NCBI GenBank assembly: GCA_023249675.1
Contig: JAHFCE010000011.1
Location: 2,466-66,465, forward strand
Source: Elusimicrobiota bacterium
GTDB lineage: Bacteria; Elusimicrobiota; Elusimicrobia; UBA1565; UBA9628
Reading direction: 5' to 3'
Length of the DNA stretch: 64,000 bases
The position numbers and the translations under genes were made by a program. The notes under the pieces are model-generated. The model was not told where the DNA came from. It made no database searches and saw only the letters and a list, made by a program, of their open reading frames with translations. Positions 58,015-64,000 of this stretch are shown in pieces; position 1 is the stretch's first letter, and the number at the start of each line of letters is the position of its first letter.

Positions 58015-59491
58015 GTTAGGCTCGCGCCTCACGCTTGAGCAGCTGTCTTCCGTCGCCGTCGCCGGCTGCAAGGCGGTCCTCCCGTCTTCGGCGCTGCGCC
58101 GCGTCGCGGCCTCGCGGCGCGTGCTGGAGCGCGCGATGGCGTCGGGACAGACGATTTACGGCGTCAACACGGGCTTTGGTGAGTTGGCCTCGACGCGCAT
58201 TTCTACGGAGCGTTTGGCGCAAGTCCAACGCAACCTCGTTTTATCCCACGCCTGCGGCGTCGGGGAACTGCTGTCTCCGGCCGAAGCGCGGGCGATACTC
58301 TTCCTGCGCGTCAACGAGTTGAGCCGCGGCTTTTCCGGCGTACGCCCGGCATTGGTCAGGCATCTCGCGCGCATGCTCGACGCAAACATTATTCCGTTGA
58401 TTCCAAGCCGTGGTTCCGTCGGGGCCAGCGGCGATTTAGCGCCCCAGGCGCACATGGCCTTGGCCGTGATCGGCGAGGGGGAAGTCCTTTATCGCGGCCG
58501 CCGGCTTCCCGCCGCGGCGGCGCTCAAACGCGCGGGCCTCAAGCCCTTCCCATTAGCCGAGAAAGAGGGCTTGGCGCTCCTCAACGGCACCCAGGCCATG
58601 CAGTCCGTCGGCGGCTTGGCGCTGTTGGCCGCGGAACGGGTGTATCGCGCCTCCAACCTGGCTTGCGCGGCTTCTCTCGACGCGCTCACCGGCACGCCCG
58701 CGCCGTACGACGAGGCGATTGTGCGCTTAAAGCCCCATCCCGGTCAAATATCCGCCGCGCGCTCTTTGCGCCGGCTGCTGGCCGGCTCCGAGATCCGCAA
58801 GTCGCATATCGTCGACGATCCGCGCGTTCAGGACTCCTACTCCCTGCGCTGCGCGCCCCAGGTGCACGGCGCTGTCCAAGACCGCTTGACGCAGGCTCGT
58901 CGGGTCGTCTCGGTGGAACTCGGCTCGGTCACCGACAATCCGCTTGTCGCGGGCGGCCGCGTGATCTCCGGCGGCAACTTCCATGGCCAGGCCTTGTCGT
59001 TCGCTTTCGACTCCGCCGCCGGCGCGCTCGCAGCGCTGGCCAACATCTCCGAGCGCCGCACTTTTCAGGTCACGGCAGGCAGCGCGCCGCGCCTGAAGCC
59101 TTTTCTCGCCCGCGATCCGGGCGTCGAGTCCGGCTACATGATCGCCCAGTACGTGGCGGCCGCACTCGCCTCCGAGAACAAGACGCTCGCGCATCCGGCC
59201 TCTGCCGATTCCGTGCCGACCTCCGCGAACAAGGAAGATTTCGTTTCGATGGGGATGTGGTCCGCCCTCAAGCTCAAGAAAGTCATCTGGAACTCGGCGC
59301 AGGTGGTCGCTATCGAGCTTGTCTGCGCCGCCCAGGCCATCGAGTTCCACCGCCCGCTCAAGTCGGGACGCGGCGTGGAAGCGGGCCTCGCCGTCTTGCG
59401 CTCGAAGGTGAAGGCCTCCCGCGGCGATGAAGTTCTCTCGGGTAAGCTCGAGATCGCGCGCGAGCTCATCTTGTCCGGCGCCTTCGACTGA
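57995..59491 (+). CDS. hutH: histidine ammonia-lyase
   Basis: YGVNTGFG, SHACGVG, GSVGASGDLAP (MIO), KEGLALLNGT, QDSYSLRC, GGNFHG; precedes hutU. Confidence 0.93.
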   Translation: MPLNSFKLGSRLTLEQLSSVAVAGCKAVLPSSALRRVAASRRVLERAMASGQTIYGVNTGFGELASTRISTERLAQVQRNLVLSHACGVGELLSPAEARAILFLRVNELSRGFSGVRPALVRHLARMLDANIIPLIPSRGSVGASGDLAPQAHMALAVIGEGEVLYRGRRLPAAAALKRAGLKPFPLAEKEGLALLNGTQAMQSVGGLALLAAERVYRASNLACAASLDALTGTPAPYDEAIVRLKPHPGQISAARSLRRLLAGSEIRKSHIVDDPRVQDSYSLRCAPQVHGAVQDRLTQARRVVSVELGSVTDNPLVAGGRVISGGNFHGQALSFAFDSAAGALAALANISERRTFQVTAGSAPRLKPFLARDPGVESGYMIAQYVAAALASENKTLAHPASADSVPTSANKEDFVSMGMWSALKLKKVIWNSAQVVAIELVCAAQAIEFHRPLKSGRGVEAGLAVLRSKVKASRGDEVLSGKLEIARELILSGAFD

Positions 59492-59502
59492 GATAAGATA
59501 AG

Positions 59503-59579
59503 AGTGTCAGGCCTATACATTCGTCAAATTCTGTTGAATAATAGGCCACACAATTTGACGAATGTATAGGCCTGACACT
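59503..59579. repeat. GTGTCAGGCCTATA-family palindromic element C
   Basis: Perfect 28-bp arms (59503-59530 / 59552-59579) with 21-nt loop. Confidence 0.9.
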
Positions 59580-59593
59580 TGATTCTTGATCAT

Positions 59594-61246
59594 ATGATGC
59601 GAATCATACAGGCGCCGCGCGGTGGGAAGATGTCCTGCAAGGGTTGGCAGCAGGAGGCGGCCCTGCGCATGCTCATGAACAACCTCGACCCTGAGGTCGC
59701 CGAGCGCCCGCAGGACCTGGTCGTGTACGGCGGGCGGGGCAAGGCCGCGCGTAATTGGGCCTGCTATGACGCGATCGTCGCCGCGCTCAAGGCGCTTGGA
59801 AACGACGAAACCCTTCTCGTGCAGTCCGGCAAACCCGTCGCGGTGTTCCGCACGCACGATCTGGCGCCGCGCGTGCTCATCGCGAACTCGAACCTCGTGG
59901 GCAAGTGGGCAAACTGGGAACATTTCGATGAGCTCGACAAAAAGGGGCTCATGATGTATGGCCAGATGACGGCCGGCTCCTGGATCTACATCGGCACACA
60001 GGGCATCCTGCAGGGCACCTATGAGACGTTTGCTGCCGCCGCAAGACGCCATTTCTCGGGAAGCCTGACCGGTCGGCTTGTCGTCTCCGCCGGCCTTGGC
60101 GGCATGGGCGGGGCGCAGCCGCTCGCGGCGACGATGAACGGCGGCGTTTTCCTCGGCATCGAGGTGGACCCAACGCGCCTGCGGTTACGGCTCAAAACAA
60201 AATATCTAGATGTCGTCGAAGAAAATCTCGACAAGGCGCTCGAGCGGGTGAGTCGGGCCAAGGAAAGGGGGGAGGCTCTCTCGGTCGGCTTGCTCGGCAA
60301 CGCGGCGGACATCATCCCGGAACTGGCCAAACGGCATTTCCCCGTTGATATACTGACCGACCAAACATCCGCTCACGATCCTTTGTACGGATATATACCG
60401 GCGGGCTACGATGTGAGCACGGCCGCCCAACTCAGGAAGAAGAACCCAGTCGCGTATCAAAAGAGATCCATTGCGTCGATGGGTCAACACGTTCAAGCGA
60501 TGATTGCTCTTCAGAAGCAAGGCGCAGTCGTTTTCGATTACGGCAATAATATTCGCGCCCGCGCCGCTGAGGCGGGCGTCAAGAACGCCTTCGATATCCC
60601 GGGTTTCGTGCCCGAGTATATTCGCCCACTGTTTTGCGAGGGCAAAGGGCCGTTCCGCTGGGCGGCGTTGTCCGGCGATCCCGAGGATATCCGCGTCACC
60701 GACCGGGAGGTCTTGGCCGCCTTCCCGAAGAACGCGGCGTTGCGGCGTTGGATCGAATTGGCGGAAAAAAAAGTCGCGTTCCAAGGTCTTCCGGCCCGCA
60801 TTTGTTGGCTGGGTTACGGAGAGCGCGCCGAGATGGGCTCGCGCCTGAACTGGCTCGTCAAAAAGAAGAAGGTCGCAGCGCCCATCGTGATCGGTCGCGA
60901 CCATCTCGACTGCGGCTCGGTCGCAAGCCCAAACCGGGAGACCGAGGCCATGCTTGATGGCTCCGACGCGGTGGCCGACTGGCCGATTTTAAACGCCCTC
61001 CTTAATACCGCCTCCGGCGCTTCCTGGGTCAGTTTCCACCACGGCGGCGGCGTGGGCATGGGCTACTCGCTTCATGCCGGGCAGGTCACCGTCGCGGACG
61101 GCACCAAGGCGATGGGAGCGCGGCTTGAACGCGTGCTGACCAACGATCCAGGTCTGGGCGTCGTGCGGCACTTCGACGCGGGATATCCCCAAGCAAAAGC
61201 GTTTGCCCTCAAAAACCGATCTCTCAAAATTCCGATGGCGAGGTAA
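59594..61246 (+). CDS. hutU: urocanate hydratase
   Basis: [43 protein letters not shown]. Confidence 0.97.
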   Translation: MMRIIQAPRGGKMSCKGWQQEAALRMLMNNLDPEVAERPQDLVVYGGRGKAARNWACYDAIVAALKALGNDETLLVQSGKPVAVFRTHDLAPRVLIANSNLVGKWANWEHFDELDKKGLMMYGQMTAGSWIYIGTQGILQGTYETFAAAARRHFSGSLTGRLVVSAGLGGMGGAQPLAATMNGGVFLGIEVDPTRLRLRLKTKYLDVVEENLDKALERVSRAKERGEALSVGLLGNAADIIPELAKRHFPVDILTDQTSAHDPLYGYIPAGYDVSTAAQLRKKNPVAYQKRSIASMGQHVQAMIALQKQGAVVFDYGNNIRARAAEAGVKNAFDIPGFVPEYIRPLFCEGKGPFRWAALSGDPEDIRVTDREVLAAFPKNAALRRWIELAEKKVAFQGLPARICWLGYGERAEMGSRLNWLVKKKKVAAPIVIGRDHLDCGSVASPNRETEAMLDGSDAVADWPILNALLNTASGASWVSFHHGGGVGMGYSLHAGQVTVADGTKAMGARLERVLTNDPGLGVVRHFDAGYPQAKAFALKNRSLKIPMAR

Positions 61247-61250
61247 TTCT

Positions 61251-61748
61251 ATGGCCAGCGATTATTCGTTTGATGCCGTGTCCGATGTTGATCTTAATTT
61301 GGTCTCCGAGGTCGTCGCCGTCGCGATGAAGGAGATCGTCAATCGCTTCGACTTGAAAACGGCCAACGCCTCGATCGAGCTCAACGTGAAGGACAAGAAG
61401 CTAATCGTGCGCGCGAGCGACGAGTTCAAGGTGGAGCAGGTTTACGACGTCCTGCTCACCCGCATGGCCAAGCGCGGCCTGCCGCTGAAGAACCTGACGA
61501 AGGGGAAGGTGGAAGCAGCGCTCGGCCAGACCGCCCGTCTTGAGGCGGTGATCCAGTCGGGCATTCCGACCGACAAGGCCAAGAAGATGCAGCAGGCCAT
61601 CAAGGACGCCAAGCTCAAGGTGAACGCGCAGATCCAGGACGGCCAGCTGCGCGTGACGAGTAAATCAAAGGACGAGCTTCAGGCGACGATGAACGCGCTC
61701 AAGTCAGGAAATTTCGAGCTCGATCTGCAGTTCAAGAACTTCCGCTAG
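61251..61748 (+). CDS. yajQ: YajQ-family nucleotide-binding protein
   Basis: SFDAVS, NRFDLK, KVNAQIQDGQLRV..K.KDELQ, LQFKNFR. Confidence 0.92.
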   Translation: MASDYSFDAVSDVDLNLVSEVVAVAMKEIVNRFDLKTANASIELNVKDKKLIVRASDEFKVEQVYDVLLTRMAKRGLPLKNLTKGKVEAALGQTARLEAVIQSGIPTDKAKKMQQAIKDAKLKVNAQIQDGQLRVTSKSKDELQATMNALKSGNFELDLQFKNFR

Positions 61749-63241
61749 GGACGCCAGTGTTTGACGGCGCGATGCGCGTCGGCGGCCTTGTCATTCTGGA
61801 GCATTTTGGCCAGTTCCGTCCAGGAGATCTGGCCGGCGGGGCGCGGCGGAGCGGGGCGCGGCGGCACGAGCGGGGCGTCCATCGTCAGGGCCTTAAGAGC
61901 CTCACCGAGGCGTTCGGCCTCGGCGTTCAGGCGCGCGAAGAACGGGTGCGCGGCGGCCTGGCTGAGATAAAGCTCGATCTTGTGATCGGGCACAGCCGCG
62001 ATCTTCCCCATCAGCTCCGACACGACATGGACGATGGCTTCGGCGTTGACGATTTCGTTCTGGTAGTACGTTTCGAGGTCTTCAAGCTCCTTGCGCAGAA
62101 GCGTGAAGCGTTGCGCGGGAATGCCGTGCTTGCGCGAGAAATGATCCAGCACCGGCAGCCAGGTCTTTTGCGCGTCCAGATTGCGGCGGGCGCTCTCGAC
62201 TTCCTGCTCGGCCGCGGCCAGGCGGGAGCGCAAAGTCCCCATCGGATTTGCCATTTCGTTTTGTCCGAAAGTCGTCGCGTAATAGGGCAGGCGCATCTTG
62301 AGGCCCGACAGGTAATGAGTCGGGTCCGCAAGATAGTTCCAGGCGCCCATGTCTTCGAAGCGTCCATCGAGCTCGTGATCGATCGCCCAGCCGATGAGGC
62401 GGGCCACCGTCTCGTTGAGCTCATGGCGGTTGAACGCGCGGTATAGGTTCTCTTTCGCGGCGCGGCCGTACCAGAGGCCGTGGCCGAGAAGCTCGTGGCC
62501 GAGAATCGCGGGCAATGACTCGCGCAAGAAATCGAGGTCGCCGTCCACGTAGTGGCGGTTGAGGCGGATTTCCGCGTAGCCCTCCTGTCTCCAGGCGGTG
62601 TCGGCCCAGTAGCTGAATTTCTTGCGGCCGTCGACAAGGAGGAGTTTCGAATCGGGGAATTCCGTGAAGTGCACGTGCGCGCTCAGGCCCTCGGCGAGGA
62701 ATTCTTCGGCGTAGCGTCTGCCCGTTGGGGTTCCGAGCATGCGCTTGAAGGAGTCCTCGAGGGCCTTTTTCTCATCGGCGCGGCCGCGGTCGTCGAGGCG
62801 CACGCGTTCGAGCAGGCGTTCCATGAGAGGGCGCGAATGTGTGGCCGGGAGATGCGCGGCGTCGTCGCTCGGGGAGGGCGTGACGACGCCGCCGCCGAGC
62901 GCGGCGGCCGACATGAAATTATTTTCGAGCGCGCCGGCTCCGGCCTCGGCCTTCAGGCCCGCGAGATGTTCGGCTTTGGCGCCGTGCGCGCGCAGGCTGT
63001 CGATGACCTTCGGGTTTTGTTGCGGGAGAAGCGGTTGGGCGGCTGCGAGCGTGGCCGCGATCGGGAGACTCGGGCCCAAGGGGCGCAGGCTGAGAGGGAG
63101 CGTCTGAGCGGGAGGCGTGATCGACGCGGCCGCGGTCAGTCGAGGGAGAGGAGATCGAGGGACTTCGAGCACGACGCGCTGGGCCTCCGCGTTGAGCGCG
63201 CAGGCCGCCAGGAAAACTGACGCCAGGAGCCGTCGTTTCAT
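61745..63241 (-). CDS. secreted protein with HExxxH zinc-metallopeptidase-like motif
   Basis: Signal peptide, Pro/Ala linker, LGTPTGR, GHELLGHG followed by a downstream Glu. Confidence 0.65.
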   Translation of the reverse strand: MKRRLLASVFLAACALNAEAQRVVLEVPRSPLPRLTAAASITPPAQTLPLSLRPLGPSLPIAATLAAAQPLLPQQNPKVIDSLRAHGAKAEHLAGLKAEAGAGALENNFMSAAALGGGVVTPSPSDDAAHLPATHSRPLMERLLERVRLDDRGRADEKKALEDSFKRMLGTPTGRRYAEEFLAEGLSAHVHFTEFPDSKLLLVDGRKKFSYWADTAWRQEGYAEIRLNRHYVDGDLDFLRESLPAILGHELLGHGLWYGRAAKENLYRAFNRHELNETVARLIGWAIDHELDGRFEDMGAWNYLADPTHYLSGLKMRLPYYATTFGQNEMANPMGTLRSRLAAAEQEVESARRNLDAQKTWLPVLDHFSRKHGIPAQRFTLLRKELEDLETYYQNEIVNAEAIVHVVSELMGKIAAVPDHKIELYLSQAAAHPFFARLNAEAERLGEALKALTMDAPLVPPRPAPPRPAGQISWTELAKMLQNDKAADAHRAVKHWRP

Positions 63242-63302
63242 TTCCGTACATCAGTGTACGGAGGATGGGGCGGTTCGCCCAGGGCCCCTCGGGCCCTCCG
63301 GA

Positions 63303-63878
63303 CTAGGTCTTCCGACCGGCCAATTTGACGGTCTTTAGGAACGCCCTCCAGGCCTTTTGACCGCGGCGTTCTAGATCCGGGGCCGGGGACTCGCGGGCGT
63401 AGGAGAGCACGATGAAGCGGCGGCCGGAGGTGGGCAGGATGAGGAAGATTTCCTGGCCGAGCATGGTTGGGCCGGAAAGTGCGTGCGGGTCGCCGAGGTT
63501 GATGGGAAACCCATGCTTGTAAAGCGCGAGTCGGCGGCCCGCCACCGTGATGTTTCCGATGGCCTCGGGTTTGCGGCCCATCGTCGATGCCGCTGGCCCG
63601 GCCAAAAAGGAAGCGGGATTTTTGTAGCCGCTGCCTGGAGCGCCGAAGACGCGCACCGCGATGCGGTCGAGGCCGTCGACGAAGGCCACGACCGGATCGG
63701 CGCCGCCGCCGTTGGCGTACTCTTCGACTTTCCAGCCGCCTTTCGGCGGCTGGAAACTAATCAGGGCGGCAACGGCCTGCGACGGGGTCGTGATGGTCAC
63801 GGTTTTTGATGCCTCCAGGGAAGTCGCGGCCGAGGCGGCGGCCGAGAGCGCGAGGACGGCGGAAAGGACGAGCTTCAT
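63303..63878 (-). CDS. hypothetical secreted protein
   Basis: MKLVLSAVLALSAAASA signal peptide; GGAG SD. Confidence 0.65.
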   Translation of the reverse strand: MKLVLSAVLALSAAASAATSLEASKTVTITTPSQAVAALISFQPPKGGWKVEEYANGGGADPVVAFVDGLDRIAVRVFGAPGSGYKNPASFLAGPAASTMGRKPEAIGNITVAGRRLALYKHGFPINLGDPHALSGPTMLGQEIFLILPTSGRRFIVLSYARESPAPDLERRGQKAWRAFLKTVKLAGRKT

Positions 63879-64000
63879 TCTGTTTTCTCCCAATGATCGG
63901 TCTCGGTGCGATCTTGTTCCATGAGACGATCTAGATCGTCCCAGGTGAGCTTGCCCGGCACGGGCGGAATCGAGGGCTCCCACGCGCGTCCGGCGACGAG
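63875..64000 (-). CDS. C-terminal fragment of a probable paralog of the 61745-63241 protein (truncated by window)
   Basis: Minus-strand frame reads LVAGRAWEPSIPPVPGKLTWDDLDRLMEQDRTETDHWEKTE*, with its stop in an ATGA overlap with the next gene. Confidence 0.55.
   Translation of the reverse strand, partial: LVAGRAWEPSIPPVPGKLTWDDLDRLMEQDRTETDHWEKTE

Noticed and set aside
56161-58071. Long antisense or alternative-frame ORFs (636 aa here; also 44193-45881, 13289-14590, 9627-10943, 4264-5547 and others)
   Set aside because: Shadows of well-supported genes in high-GC DNA; Arg/Ala/Gly-rich with no recognisable motifs

Overview
GC-rich bacterial chromosomal segment, gene-dense and mostly housekeeping. 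The lineage cannot be fixed from sequence alone; the secreted-protein style and pilin clusters remind me of Elusimicrobiota, which is inference only. Recognisable content: pta, SulP, tRNA-Leu(TAA), psd-pssA-dut, tmk-holB-metG, a minor-pilin-like operon with a giant pilin-adhesin, a class II ribonucleotide reductase carrying a 414-aa LAGLIDADG intein that ends atypically in Gln, rplU-rpmA-obgE, hpnCDE, dcd, rplM-rpsI, topA-xerC, purA, a CHASE2 cyclase, thiolase-hutH-hutU and yajQ. The standout region is about 30.8-48.2 kb. A 5'-nucleotidase and an acid phosphatase precede a tpiA-led sugar-phosphate-utilisation (DeoC/RpiB) bacterial microcompartment operon. That operon runs with almost no gap into pilT, an unusual DnaA-like ATPase with a partner protein, comM and dprA, suggesting a possible DNA-uptake-to-deoxyribose-catabolism module. 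Two unexplained intergenic palindrome families also occur: twin three-way-junction elements with a conserved core and unrelated 28-29 bp arms (9.1-9.4 kb), and three hairpins sharing GTGTCAGGCCTATA ends. No transposase, CRISPR array or prophage is evident.
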